64,000 nucleotides of DNA from positions 224,001 to 288,000 of IMG/VR virus record IMGVR_UViG_3300005326_000040. One strand, given 5' to 3'. This DNA is from a virus (Duplodnaviria; Caudoviricetes). Made by a program: the position numbers and the translations under genes. The notes beneath the pieces were generated by a model. The model was not told where the DNA came from, did no database searches, and saw nothing but the letters and a program-made list of their open reading frames with translations. Shown here one piece after another: positions 17,785-27,243 of the stretch (the stretch's first letter is position 1; each line of letters begins with the position of its first letter).

Positions 17785-18294
17785 ATGCACCCACAATGTT
17801 TTAATCTGTTTAGACCAATAGGCGCGATTGTACCGGCAAATTCTTTGGTATTGGACGTAGGCTCTTATGACGTTAATGGAACTCTAAAACCTCTGTTTTC
17901 TCACTGTAAATATACAGGATGTGACATTGGAGCCGGGCCAAATGTAGATGTGGTTCAAACTCTACCTCATGTTCTTCCTTTTACTGATGAGTCTTTTGAT
18001 GTGGTTATTTCTGCTAATTGTCTAGAGCATTGTAAGCGCCCATGGGAACTTATTCTTGAAATGGACCGGGTGCTAAAACCTTCTGGGATAATTGCTGTTT
18101 CGCTTCCGTGGGTCGGTATAGGATATCACCCCTATCCTATCGACTGTTACCGTATTACGCCGGATGCAATGTCCGAGTTGTTTGGTCCATGGATGGAAGA
18201 CAACGGCCGTTTCAGTTATGAGATGCATGTTAATGCTTTTGGAGAGTTGGACACATTTTTTTGGGGAAACAAGAAGCCGCGAACAAGTATTTAG
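17785..18294 (+). CDS. class I SAM-dependent methyltransferase
   Basis: VLDVGS, LPF.DESFDVVIS, LEH, RVLKPSG. Confidence 0.9.
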   Translation: MHPQCFNLFRPIGAIVPANSLVLDVGSYDVNGTLKPLFSHCKYTGCDIGAGPNVDVVQTLPHVLPFTDESFDVVISANCLEHCKRPWELILEMDRVLKPSGIIAVSLPWVGIGYHPYPIDCYRITPDAMSELFGPWMEDNGRFSYEMHVNAFGELDTFFWGNKKPRTSI

Positions 18295-18341
18295 TCGGGC
18301 AATGTTGATTAGAAATAGAGTTATAAGTTGGAGCAATTGTC

Positions 18342-18953
18342 ATGGATGATAAAAATGATTCTCGCGGCGAACCTGAGTTTTGTGGAGCTTTTCCTATTCG
18401 TCAAGAGATTCTGGTTCTTCCAGCAGATGAACCTAAGAAAGAACTTGGTTGGTTTTGTCATGAAATTATCGCCGGATCGCCAGAAGCTGATGCACAAAAC
18501 GCTCGTTTGAATAAAGACGTTTACTTGGCAACCGATCAGGCGGATAAGTATAGAACAAGTCATGTTGCTCATTATAAGCGCCCTGATGAGTTTTGCTGGA
18601 CGGTAATTCCTGTTCTTCAATTTCTTTGGGGTAAGCCTTGGAACAATATGGCGTTGAATTTTATGCCTAGTCTGCGCCCAGGTGGGATTAGAGTTGTTGG
18701 AGGTAAGGCTGGCAACTGTATTACTTGTGATTGTTCCACATGGCGAGTAACGGTTTATCTCGAAGATGATGACCGTACTATTAGAAGAATTGAACAAGAA
18801 GTAGATGGTGGGTGTTTAGGTGTTCGTTATGGTGCGGATTTGAGTGATTATATGAATGGTCGCGAACCTTATCCTGGGAGCGTTGGAGCTATTATAAACC
18901 CTAGGGGAGTTATAGCTGGTAGGAAATCAAAGAAGGATTCTGAAAATGAGTAA
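18342..18953 (+). CDS. hypothetical protein with I13/I78 inhibitor-like segment
   Basis: LWGKPW...IRVV...ITCDCSTWRVTVYL pattern. Confidence 0.5.
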   Translation: MDDKNDSRGEPEFCGAFPIRQEILVLPADEPKKELGWFCHEIIAGSPEADAQNARLNKDVYLATDQADKYRTSHVAHYKRPDEFCWTVIPVLQFLWGKPWNNMALNFMPSLRPGGIRVVGGKAGNCITCDCSTWRVTVYLEDDDRTIRRIEQEVDGGCLGVRYGADLSDYMNGREPYPGSVGAIINPRGVIAGRKSKKDSENE

Positions 18954-19605
18954 GATTAGAATTTATGCTTTGGAAGTGAAAAAGTGGGATAATGACGCTA
19001 AAAATTCTAAATTTGAAAGGAAAGCTTTAAGTACGAAGCCATTTACATTAGACAATCAATCGGTTATTAGTGAAATTTCTTATCTTGACAAAATGAAGTC
19101 CGGATATGTAATTCAAAATGCCGCATATGAATTTACGCAGGAAGATTTTGCTGTCGCGATGTTATCTTTTGATCGGCCCGCTGCTAACTATTATCTTTTG
19201 CTTTCTGATAACTGCGTGAGTGTTCAGGCTTTAGCTGAAACTGAAGCGGCTCAAAAAAAATTAATTGAGGCAAAGCTAATTATAAATTGGATGGTTAGGG
19301 ATCCAAAACGAAGAATGATGACCAAACATTCGCAGGAATATTCTTGGGCTCAGGGGTTACCGTCAACTACTGTTAAGATTGGGCGTGACCCAAAGTCAGA
19401 TATTCTTGTTGAAACCGCAGCTAGGATGCAGGGTGTAATTGAGATTAATGAGCAAGGTATTTTTTACATTGATTTAGGCGCCGAACCAAGAAGCAAAATT
19501 AATCAACAATTTGTTTCTAAATTAGAATTGTTTGATTTTCTAGAGTATAACTTGGAAATTAATGGCTCTTACTTCAATCTTATTGTAAAGACAAAGCGTC
19601 AATGA
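18946..19605 (+). CDS. protein with C-terminal FHA-like domain
   Basis: VKIGRDPKSDILV, FYIDLG, SKIN. Confidence 0.5.
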   Translation: MSKIRIYALEVKKWDNDAKNSKFERKALSTKPFTLDNQSVISEISYLDKMKSGYVIQNAAYEFTQEDFAVAMLSFDRPAANYYLLLSDNCVSVQALAETEAAQKKLIEAKLIINWMVRDPKRRMMTKHSQEYSWAQGLPSTTVKIGRDPKSDILVETAARMQGVIEINEQGIFYIDLGAEPRSKINQQFVSKLELFDFLEYNLEINGSYFNLIVKTKRQ

Positions 19606-19799
19606 AAATTGAAAAGATATCTACAACAGTTACAGAAAACTTACGATGTACTTGTATGCAATTGTTTGATGCTGATAAAATTAAGGAACTTAGGATTGGA
19701 GACAAGCTTGAGTTTGAATGCAGCTTGTGTTTGAAAAGAGTAGAGATTGTAGTAGACTTGGTTCCTTTGTATACTGTTACTGTTACATCTAAGCACTAA
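19602..19799 (+). CDS. small zinc-ribbon protein
   Basis: CTC...CSLC. Confidence 0.55.
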   Translation: MKIEKISTTVTENLRCTCMQLFDADKIKELRIGDKLEFECSLCLKRVEIVVDLVPLYTVTVTSKH

Positions 19800-19800
19800 G

Positions 19801-20241
19801 ATGACTACCGACGCTTATCGAACACCAGGGGCTGTTGGGCTCCCTTATCGGGAGCCTGCTTCTGACCAAAAACCTTTAAAGGAAGTTGGCCGGGCAGTCA
19901 TTACAATTGTTGATGGTTCCGGGGCTGAATATGTTCATGATATTACAGCGCAATGGATACCTGCTTTTGAATATGAAGTTGTTAATATGTCCGTCGCTTC
20001 AAAAAAACAAAAAACTAAACCTATTATTCAAGACATCAGACAAATTGTAAAAAAGTGGGTAAAGCAATCATATGATGAGGGTTTCTTTTTTGTGGGGTCG
20101 TCGATTGTGCATGTTGTGTTACGTGAGAATATTAAGAACATTGAAGTAAAATTTACCACAGTTATGGTTGAACCAAATGTAAATCCGGCGGAAGTTGGTT
20201 TGAATAAAATTGGATTTACAAATATCAGGGCGGTGTTTTGA
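19801..20241 (+). CDS. hypothetical protein
   Basis: 146-aa ORF in operon. Confidence 0.6.
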   Translation: MTTDAYRTPGAVGLPYREPASDQKPLKEVGRAVITIVDGSGAEYVHDITAQWIPAFEYEVVNMSVASKKQKTKPIIQDIRQIVKKWVKQSYDEGFFFVGSSIVHVVLRENIKNIEVKFTTVMVEPNVNPAEVGLNKIGFTNIRAVF

Positions 20242-20242
20242 T

Positions 20243-20590
20243 ATGTTTACGTTATTTGTGTTGCCTCAGGACTTGGAATATCGCAGAGATTCTTTTGGTA
20301 GGAACGTGATGAATGTTCAGGAAATGTTTTTAACAGTTCTTAGAACGCTTCCTCCCGTTGATGAGAACGTGCGTTTTAGTATCAGATTTTATCAGCAAGA
20401 CGGCTCTGAATGGGGTCTTGATGATGATTATACTTTTGATTGTTTGCCCGCAATAGAGTGGAAACGAGGGGACATGATCAATCTTGCTATTTCTAAAGCA
20501 TATTGGGACGCCCTTAAAAAAGGAAAATCTATTGGACGAGCAAACCTATCTAGGATAGATATTCTTCTACAGAACAAAGTTGTATCTTAA
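20243..20590 (+). CDS. hypothetical protein
   Basis: In-frame ATG immediately after upstream stop. Confidence 0.6.
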   Translation: MFTLFVLPQDLEYRRDSFGRNVMNVQEMFLTVLRTLPPVDENVRFSIRFYQQDGSEWGLDDDYTFDCLPAIEWKRGDMINLAISKAYWDALKKGKSIGRANLSRIDILLQNKVVS

Positions 20591-20598
20591 GGATAAAT

Positions 20599-21231
20599 AT
20601 GGAAAACTTTAGTTGGTTACCGACAGACCCAAACGTGATGGAAACTGTTATTTCTAATATGGGTTGGTTGGAGGGTTCTGGGCAAGTTGTGTATTTTATG
20701 AATTATCTTTTGGTTGCGGATTTCATTGTTACACCAGAAACCATAGCTCCTTTTGGAATTGAATTAATGAACAAAATTATGGAGCTTGAAAAAGAACTTC
20801 ACCAAGAAAAATGCGATGACATTGAATTTGGTATTGTTGATGGCAAAGTAAGAGGTTGGAAAGTTGTTTTTGATTCATATTGGCCCCAAAATTGTGGGCG
20901 TGAATATGGTAAAGTAAATTTGTGTCGAAGCATACATGTTGGTGATTTTGCTGGAATAGCAGAAGGAGATGAAGCTGTATATATAAGAATCGATTCCGTC
21001 GCGGAAGATCAGACGCTTACGGCTACAGTCGTGAAGCTTGGTAATTTTTTCAGTATAGATAGAATTCCTGGGGCGCCATATTCTTCTCAAGGATTTGTTT
21101 CGAATGAAACTTTAGTTCTAAAAAGAAATCCTTCGACAGGAGATTGGACGATAGAGAGCCCTAAAAATCGACCATGGCATACTCTAAGAATTACTTCTGG
21201 TGGCGCTTTGAAGTTTGAACATTATCGTTAG
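20599..21231 (+). CDS. hypothetical protein
   Basis: 210-aa ORF, AAGGA RBS. Confidence 0.65.
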   Translation: MENFSWLPTDPNVMETVISNMGWLEGSGQVVYFMNYLLVADFIVTPETIAPFGIELMNKIMELEKELHQEKCDDIEFGIVDGKVRGWKVVFDSYWPQNCGREYGKVNLCRSIHVGDFAGIAEGDEAVYIRIDSVAEDQTLTATVVKLGNFFSIDRIPGAPYSSQGFVSNETLVLKRNPSTGDWTIESPKNRPWHTLRITSGGALKFEHYR

Positions 21232-21241
21232 GAGATTTAAT

Positions 21242-21628
21242 ATGAAAGAGATTTCGAAGTTTTTAGTTGATCAGTTGATTTCGGTGTATGAATCTGGTGA
21301 AAATTATCAAGACAAGGAAAATCAGCCAAGCGCACCAACTTTCAGAACAAGAATGGTAGAGGGTAAGATTCTTGTTGATCGGTGGAATTTGATTTCTACT
21401 GATATAATTGTTAATAGCGATTGGAAAGATTTTGTTATTGAGCAATGCAGGAAACTTGACCCAGGAGCATGTTTAGATGACTCTTGCATGATGTGGGGTA
21501 TGGACGTTTATTTTAGCGATAATTTGCCAAAAGATATGTGTATTATGTTATCATTAGACGGCATAGGCAGTTTGAGTGAATTGGATGGTCGAAGAATTGC
21601 TATTGTTTCGTTAGAGGGGCTTCGATGA
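21242..21628 (+). CDS. hypothetical protein
   Basis: AGGAG RBS before ATG 21242. Confidence 0.6.
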   Translation: MKEISKFLVDQLISVYESGENYQDKENQPSAPTFRTRMVEGKILVDRWNLISTDIIVNSDWKDFVIEQCRKLDPGACLDDSCMMWGMDVYFSDNLPKDMCIMLSLDGIGSLSELDGRRIAIVSLEGLR

Positions 21629-21822
21629 AAGATAAAGTTATTAGTTGGGAAGTGTGGGAAGAGATTGAGTTAATTTTACCGAATGCTGCAAAGTGTGATT
21701 TTTGTGGCGTGTTAGGTTATTATGCTTGGGCTCCTAAAGGTAGCTTATTCGTTTGTTCAAGGTGTAAGCCGCATTTGCCAGAGTTTGAATTGACATCTAA
21801 CACGGATGGTTATACTTCGTGA
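21625..21822 (+). CDS. small zinc-finger protein
   Basis: CDFC...CSRC. Confidence 0.55.
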   Translation: MKDKVISWEVWEEIELILPNAAKCDFCGVLGYYAWAPKGSLFVCSRCKPHLPEFELTSNTDGYTS

Positions 21823-21980
21823 ATGAATCTAAAGAAATCATCAACTCTTTTGTACAAGACGCCAAATGTGCCAAAGGAGAATTTCAAGACATTGTTGGTA
21901 AACATGGCGTTCCAATGACTATTGTTGTTGTAGGTTTTGTTTTCGTTGTTGGTTTTTGTATTCTAGCCGCTTCATTCTAA
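21819..21980 (+). CDS. small C-terminal-TM protein (53 aa)
   Basis: Manual translation; GTGA overlap with upstream stop. Confidence 0.45.
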   Translation: MNESKEIINSFVQDAKCAKGEFQDIVGKHGVPMTIVVVGFVFVVGFCILAASF

Positions 21981-22028
21981 TAAAATCCAAATAGGTTGGT
22001 AATATTTATGTATTTCCAGTGGTGATCT

Positions 22029-22565
22029 ATGGATGTTAAAAACCTTTTAATTACAGCAGACTTATTTCGGAAATATGCTCAAGAAGCCCCTCAAGAGGGT
22101 GGAGATTTAACCGCTCAAGTTCAACAGGCTATGAAAAAAGCCTTGAATGATTGGATTATTGGTGCTCAACATATTTCGAAACCTGGAGTTCCAATATCTG
22201 TACAATTTTCCTTGAGATTGAGGTTCAGCGTAGCGCCAAGAAATGAAACAGAAGCTGTTACTCCTGCCGTTATAGAGATGACCTCTCGTCCTGTTTATTA
22301 TCGGTCAGAAAAAGATGCAAGTGGAAAAGTCTCTATGGTGCGGAAAGAGCTTACTCAATTGACACCAGAGGAACAGACGGCAGTAAAATCATTCATGGCG
22401 AAAGTTGCTAACTGGCAGAATGAAGCTTCTGTTCTTGGTAATATGTCTCCGGAAACTATTAAACAATTGTTTTCTATGCTTTTTAGGTCAAAGCAAACTG
22501 GAGCCTATTCTTATCCGGAAAATGGCTCATCGCCGCCTGTAACTCTTGAACTATTTGAAAGATAA
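22029..22565 (+). CDS. hypothetical protein
   Basis: 178-aa ORF. Confidence 0.65.
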   Translation: MDVKNLLITADLFRKYAQEAPQEGGDLTAQVQQAMKKALNDWIIGAQHISKPGVPISVQFSLRLRFSVAPRNETEAVTPAVIEMTSRPVYYRSEKDASGKVSMVRKELTQLTPEEQTAVKSFMAKVANWQNEASVLGNMSPETIKQLFSMLFRSKQTGAYSYPENGSSPPVTLELFER

Positions 22566-22566
22566 A

Positions 22567-23229
22567 ATGGACTGGAAACAGATTCGAGCTATTATTCTTG
22601 ACCACAATTTATTTATTGCAACAGTAATTGGAATTTTTGTTCTTGCTGTTGGTTTACTGATTTACGGACAATTTTTTGTTAAGGACCCAAAGGTACAAGA
22701 AATTGTAGTTTATCAGATTGAAAAAAAGCCTGTTCAATTTCCGTTAGAGCTAAATGTATCAGATGACTTCACCAAAGAACAGGTTGGGGTTCTTTCTGAA
22801 AGTTGTAGGCTTTGGGAAACAGCTACACATGGACAAGCAAAGTTCAAAATCATAAGTGATTGGCAGCCGCCAGAAGCTTTTACAGAATCTGCCTATCTGA
22901 CCTATCCTAAAAATACTGTATGGAAGAAATCCAGCACAAATCCTAATGTTGTAGGGTTAGCCTTAAAACATGGTTTTGCTGACGGAATTCAAAAAGGTAA
23001 TTTTCTTATTGTTCTGGATGACTATAACAATATCGAAAATTCAAAACTAAAAGTTGTTTTTGCTCATGAGTTAGGTCATATGATGGGTTTTGAACATCTG
23101 AAACCTCAATATCCTGGGTTGATGGATATTGGCGGCAATGACGGGCAAATCACTAAGTATGACATGATTCAATTTTGTCATCTGTATAATTGCGATAGCA
23201 ATTCGATGCTTCTTTCTAAGCCTGATTGA
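22567..23229 (+). CDS. membrane-anchored metzincin (matrixin-like) metalloprotease
   Basis: HELGHMMGFEH (HExxHxxGxxH) + Met-turn GLM; N-terminal TM. Confidence 0.8.
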   Translation: MDWKQIRAIILDHNLFIATVIGIFVLAVGLLIYGQFFVKDPKVQEIVVYQIEKKPVQFPLELNVSDDFTKEQVGVLSESCRLWETATHGQAKFKIISDWQPPEAFTESAYLTYPKNTVWKKSSTNPNVVGLALKHGFADGIQKGNFLIVLDDYNNIENSKLKVVFAHELGHMMGFEHLKPQYPGLMDIGGNDGQITKYDMIQFCHLYNCDSNSMLLSKPD

Positions 23230-23281
23230 ACTTCCGTATAATTTGTCGAGCATGCGCTGGTGTTAGGAATAATGTCAGTTC

Positions 23282-23518
23282 ATGGGCGCTCACTCTACTT
23301 TGAACATTTCGCGCAAAGCAGCAGTAAAAACAATTCAAGAACAATTGAACAGAGCTTCCAATGAAGACTTGGGAAATGTTCTTTTTGATTTGTTGGGCGA
23401 CATAAGACTCTATAATTATCGAGTTTTAGATGTAGAAAACGTCAGCGATTCTGATATAGACCTAGCTGATGATTTGCTTGAATCTTGGATTGAACCTAAT
23501 TTTGAAGAAGGACTATAA
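23282..23518 (+). CDS. hypothetical protein
   Basis: 78-aa ORF. Confidence 0.55.
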   Translation: MGAHSTLNISRKAAVKTIQEQLNRASNEDLGNVLFDLLGDIRLYNYRVLDVENVSDSDIDLADDLLESWIEPNFEEGL

Positions 23519-23519
23519 A

Positions 23520-23849
23520 ATGGATGATAACAAGCACGGTGATTTTCTTCTTGAGGCTCAGAATCTTTCTAAAGAAAGAGAAGAAAAGCTAATAGAAATT
23601 AGGGAAGCTATTAAAACAGAAATTAGAAAAGCTGCATCTACTGAAGGCAGACGATATCAGCGTACTCTTTCATCTTTTTGCTCGTATGTTTTGCATCTGG
23701 ATCTAGATAAATCAACAGTGGCAGAATTTCTGCCATATTTAGCTTATCTTTCTAATGCTTTAGTGGTGGAAGGGTTTAAAGTTACTTTTTATCCTGCCGG
23801 AAGTAAATTTGATGATGTAGGAAATATTTGGATAAGTATTGAGTGGTAA
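23520..23849 (+). CDS. hypothetical protein
   Basis: GAAGGA RBS before ATG 23520. Confidence 0.6.
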   Translation: MDDNKHGDFLLEAQNLSKEREEKLIEIREAIKTEIRKAASTEGRRYQRTLSSFCSYVLHLDLDKSTVAEFLPYLAYLSNALVVEGFKVTFYPAGSKFDDVGNIWISIEW

Positions 23850-23856
23850 GATTTTT

Positions 23857-23886
23857 TTGACAATCTAGGCATACACTGATATATAG
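23857..23886 (+). promoter_or_regulatory. sigma70-like promoter for Y-RNA/TROVE operon
   Basis: TTGACA (23857-62), 17-nt spacer, TG-a-TATATA. Confidence 0.65.
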
Positions 23887-23912
23887 ACTGGGCAGACTGA
23901 AAACGAATGTAT

Positions 23913-23977
23913 TCGGGTAGTGACGTTTCGGCTACTTCATTGATAACGAAAACCAACCGGAACAATTTTTCTCCCGA
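23913..23977 (+). ncRNA. short Y-RNA-like unit 1
   Basis: GGGTAGTGA...GTTTCGG/CCGGAAC stem...GGCTACTTC...TTTCTCCCGA. Confidence 0.75.
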
Positions 23978-24006
23978 TTTTTCTTCGTAAAGATTTAAAC
24001 GATTGT

Positions 24007-24135
24007 GGGCAGTGATCGTATCGGTTACTTCTTGATTAGGAAAAGTGGTTCGAATCCACCTACCAATTGGTGATCATATCAAAGATTGGCGCGGAGCCCT
24101 ACTGGCGAAGGGCATCTCCGATACACCTTTCTCCC
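24007..24135 (+). ncRNA. YrlA-like Y RNA with permuted tRNA module
   Basis: Same terminal motifs; T-arm GTGG-TTCGAAT-CCAC, loop-closed acceptor-like stem, D-arm GCCCT-ACTGGCGA-AGGGC. Confidence 0.85.
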
Positions 24136-24154
24136 CTTTTGTTTTTTAAGGGTT

Positions 24155-24224
24155 TAGGGAAGTGAGATTTTGGTTACTTCAATACAAACCATTGGCAAAA
24201 CCACCAGAATCAATTTTCTCCCTA
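24155..24224 (+). ncRNA. short Y-RNA-like unit 3
   Basis: TAGGGAAGTGA...GATTTTGG/CCAGAATC stem...GGTTACTTC...TTTCTCCCTA. Confidence 0.75.
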
Positions 24225-24247
24225 TTTTTCTCCTATAAAGGAAGTGA

Positions 24248-25858
24248 GTGAAAGTCATGAGTAAGTTTTTTCATAACAAGGCTGTTTCTCGTACGGATAG
24301 CGAATCTCACGTTAATTTCATGGGCGGAAAGTCATTTGATATTTCCAACCCAATTGTGAAGCTGCGTATTATGGCTTCTTCTTCTTTCTTTGGCGAGCCG
24401 ATGTATTACAATGACGCCAAGGAAAATAGTAAGGCGGCAAACAGTTATATTGACAGCGTAAATCGCAGCTATCTTATCGAAATACTTGGCAATGCTATTC
24501 CTCCTACTGTTGGAAAAACTCCGGCAGAACTTATGGAAGAAGCGATTGATAATGCTTTAAGCTATTCTGTAGAAGGTACTTTGCGAGAGGCTGTTCGCCT
24601 TCGTAATGAAGAAAACATGCGAACAACGCCACAAGTAATTCTTGTGCGTGCTGCTCATCACAAGTCGGCCAAGGGGACCGGTCTTGTAAACCTTTATTCT
24701 AAGGATATTATCAAGCGTGCAGATGAACCGTCTGTTGGGCTTGCATATCATGTATATCGCTATGGTAAGGCTTGTCCTATTCCGAACAGTCTAAAGAAGG
24801 CTTGGAGAAATTCTCTCCAGGGATTCAATGATTATTCTCTTGCGAAGTATCGTATGGAGAATAAGGAAGTTAAGACTGTTGACGTTGTTAATTTGGTCCA
24901 TCCCAAGTCTTTTAACATTGACAAATTAATGAAGGATCAGCTTCGTAATACTGAAAACACTTGGGAAGCTATTATTTCAGCGGAAGGTTCCAATAAGGAA
25001 AGTTGGACAAAGGCTCTGGATGTAATGGGGCACATGGCCCTCTTAAGGAATTTGCGCAACCTAATTGAAAAAGGCGTTGAGCATGATCTATACTTAGGTC
25101 AGCTTGTAGAAGGCGCACCAACAGGAAAGCAGTTCCCGTTCCGATATTATAGCGCTTACAATGTCATCAAGCAGCTTGCAGGCTCCAATGGTAGAGTTCT
25201 TGATGCTCTTGAAGAATGTATGGAGCTTTCTATTGGTAATATGCCGAAGTTTGACGGTCGATTGATGTCTCTTTGTGATAATTCAGGTTCTGCACAAAGC
25301 GCTACAACCTCGTCCGTAGGGACAATGCGGATATCACAGATTGCTAACCTTTCAGCAGTGATTGCGGGCAAGTGTGCAACTGAAGGTCACATTGGGGTTT
25401 TTGGTGATTCTTTACAGACGTTTGAGATTCGCAAGAAGTCTTCAATTTTCGAGCAGACCGAAAAGGCAGATAATATCGGCCATACAATTGGGCAGGGCAC
25501 TGAAAACGGTATTTGGTTGTTTTGGGATAAAGCCATCAAAGAGAAGCAGCACTGGGACCATGTTTTTATCTTCTCGGATATGCAGGCGGGGCACGGTGGA
25601 CTGTATGGCTTGAATCATAGGCATTATCAGGATTATCGCTGGCATGGCACGAACATGATTGATGTGCCGAAGTTGATTAATACGTATCGCAAGCAGGTTA
25701 ATCCTAATGTAATGGTTTATTGCACGCAAGTTGCGGGTTACAGCGATACGATTATGCCTGAGTTTTACGATAAGACTTTTATACTTTCCGGATGGTCGGA
25801 ATCCTTGTTTAGATTCGCCTCAGAAATGTCAAAAATCTTTGTTCCTCAAAAACAATAG
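24248..25858 (+). CDS. rsr: Ro60/TROVE-domain RNA-binding protein
   Basis: NFMGG, FFGEPMYY, MALLRNLRN, FPFRYYSAY, vWA MIDAS DNSGS; 536 aa. Confidence 0.92.
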   Translation: MKVMSKFFHNKAVSRTDSESHVNFMGGKSFDISNPIVKLRIMASSSFFGEPMYYNDAKENSKAANSYIDSVNRSYLIEILGNAIPPTVGKTPAELMEEAIDNALSYSVEGTLREAVRLRNEENMRTTPQVILVRAAHHKSAKGTGLVNLYSKDIIKRADEPSVGLAYHVYRYGKACPIPNSLKKAWRNSLQGFNDYSLAKYRMENKEVKTVDVVNLVHPKSFNIDKLMKDQLRNTENTWEAIISAEGSNKESWTKALDVMGHMALLRNLRNLIEKGVEHDLYLGQLVEGAPTGKQFPFRYYSAYNVIKQLAGSNGRVLDALEECMELSIGNMPKFDGRLMSLCDNSGSAQSATTSSVGTMRISQIANLSAVIAGKCATEGHIGVFGDSLQTFEIRKKSSIFEQTEKADNIGHTIGQGTENGIWLFWDKAIKEKQHWDHVFIFSDMQAGHGGLYGLNHRHYQDYRWHGTNMIDVPKLINTYRKQVNPNVMVYCTQVAGYSDTIMPEFYDKTFILSGWSESLFRFASEMSKIFVPQKQ

Positions 25859-25887
25859 ATCAAACTTCCAATAAAAGAAAACACTTG

Positions 25888-25928
25888 AAACCTCCTGCTT
25901 TTTGTTCTTAAAACAGGAGGTTTTCTTC
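25888..25928 (+). terminator. intrinsic terminator after TROVE
   Basis: AAACCTCCTG/CAGGAGGTTT stem followed by T-rich tract. Confidence 0.7.
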
Positions 25929-26014
25929 GTCTTTTAGGCTGCAAAAAAGTTTGTCGAAAGTGTATAAGTTGTTGATTTTGTTTAGTTTTTTGAATGGCGG
26001 ATCATAAAACTTTT

Positions 26015-26051
26015 TTGACAAAAACGCGCATAGCATGGTATATACTATACT
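26015..26051 (+). promoter_or_regulatory. sigma70-like promoter
   Basis: TTGACA (26015-20) then GGTATATACTATACT. Confidence 0.6.
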
Positions 26052-26169
26052 AACAACAACATGAGATGCAAGTCATCTCAGATATGTAGCTAAAATCACC
26101 ATAAAACGCCCCGACTTACCCGGTTAAAATTGACCAAAAATGGGGATTAACAAAGAAGGAGATATTCAA

Positions 26170-27243
26170 ATGGCTCGTAAAACAACAAGTACCACACCCG
26201 CTGTAATCGCTGCTCCAGTAGAATCCACTAAGATCGTTCGTGCTCGCGCTACTCGTTCTCGTTCAGATGTGGCTGATGCCTATTCTGAGATCGTTGACGT
26301 TCAGTCTTCGCAGGAACCTCAGGATCCTAAGATGGTAGAAATCATTCGAATGAATGAAGAGCGTGTCCGGAAGAACACCGCAGGCTTATCTGTAGATAAG
26401 GTGCTTTCGACAGTTTCAGCTACTAAGCTGGAGATGTCTCGTGCTTTGGATTCTGTTATTGAAGTAATGCAGACTAAGCTAGCTGAGCTTCAGGATGTTG
26501 CAGAAGCTGTCAATATTCATCGTTCAGAACTTGAGCGTCTTCATAAGATTGATATTGCAGCAACGTCTCTTGATCAGCTAATTGCAGAAAACACTCGCAG
26601 TCAAGCTGAATTTGAAGCTATGACGGCTGAGAAGAAGGCCGCTTGGGCTCGCGAAGATAGTGAACACGCTCGTTTTATCAAAGAGCGTAACGAAGATTTA
26701 GAGAAGCTGCGTAGACGAGAGCAGGCTGATTACGATTATAACATGTCTTTCAAACGAAAGGCAGCAGAAGACGACCTTCGGAACGCGCTCAATACGATGG
26801 ACAAGACAGCTAAAGAGCGCATCGCAGAACTTGAGAAGGATTTCAACCTTCGGAATGAGAATCTCAAGGCTCGTGAGCAGGAATTCAATGATCTTAAGGC
26901 TCAAGTTGCTGCTTTCCCGGAGGTTTTGAGGAAAGAACTCAGCGCAGCAAACGCTATTGTTACAAATACGCTGAGTAAGGCTCATCAGCAAGAAATGGCT
27001 CTTGTTCGTAAGGACATTGAGACAAATGACCGCATTTTCAAGAACGAAAATGCTGCGCTTACTGGTATGATTGCTAAACAAGCAGAGCAAATTGTTGCTC
27101 TTCAGTCTCAGCTTGAGCGCGAAAAGGAAAAGAGCCAGAGTGTTGTTCTCAAAGCACTGGATGGCGCTTCGGCTCAGATGGCTCTCCGCGAGGTTCAGAA
27201 TTTTGCAAGTTCCTCAAGAGAGACTTCTCCTAAGAAAGGCTAG
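26170..27243 (+). CDS. long coiled-coil protein
   Basis: GAAGGAG RBS; heptad-rich E/K/A/R composition. Confidence 0.8.
   Translation: MARKTTSTTPAVIAAPVESTKIVRARATRSRSDVADAYSEIVDVQSSQEPQDPKMVEIIRMNEERVRKNTAGLSVDKVLSTVSATKLEMSRALDSVIEVMQTKLAELQDVAEAVNIHRSELERLHKIDIAATSLDQLIAENTRSQAEFEAMTAEKKAAWAREDSEHARFIKERNEDLEKLRRREQADYDYNMSFKRKAAEDDLRNALNTMDKTAKERIAELEKDFNLRNENLKAREQEFNDLKAQVAAFPEVLRKELSAANAIVTNTLSKAHQQEMALVRKDIETNDRIFKNENAALTGMIAKQAEQIVALQSQLEREKEKSQSVVLKALDGASAQMALREVQNFASSSRETSPKKG

Noticed and set aside
23913-24224. Repeats upstream of TROVE read as a mini CRISPR array
   Set aside because: Units are non-identical, have covarying stems and unequal lengths, and there are no cas genes; they fit Y RNAs
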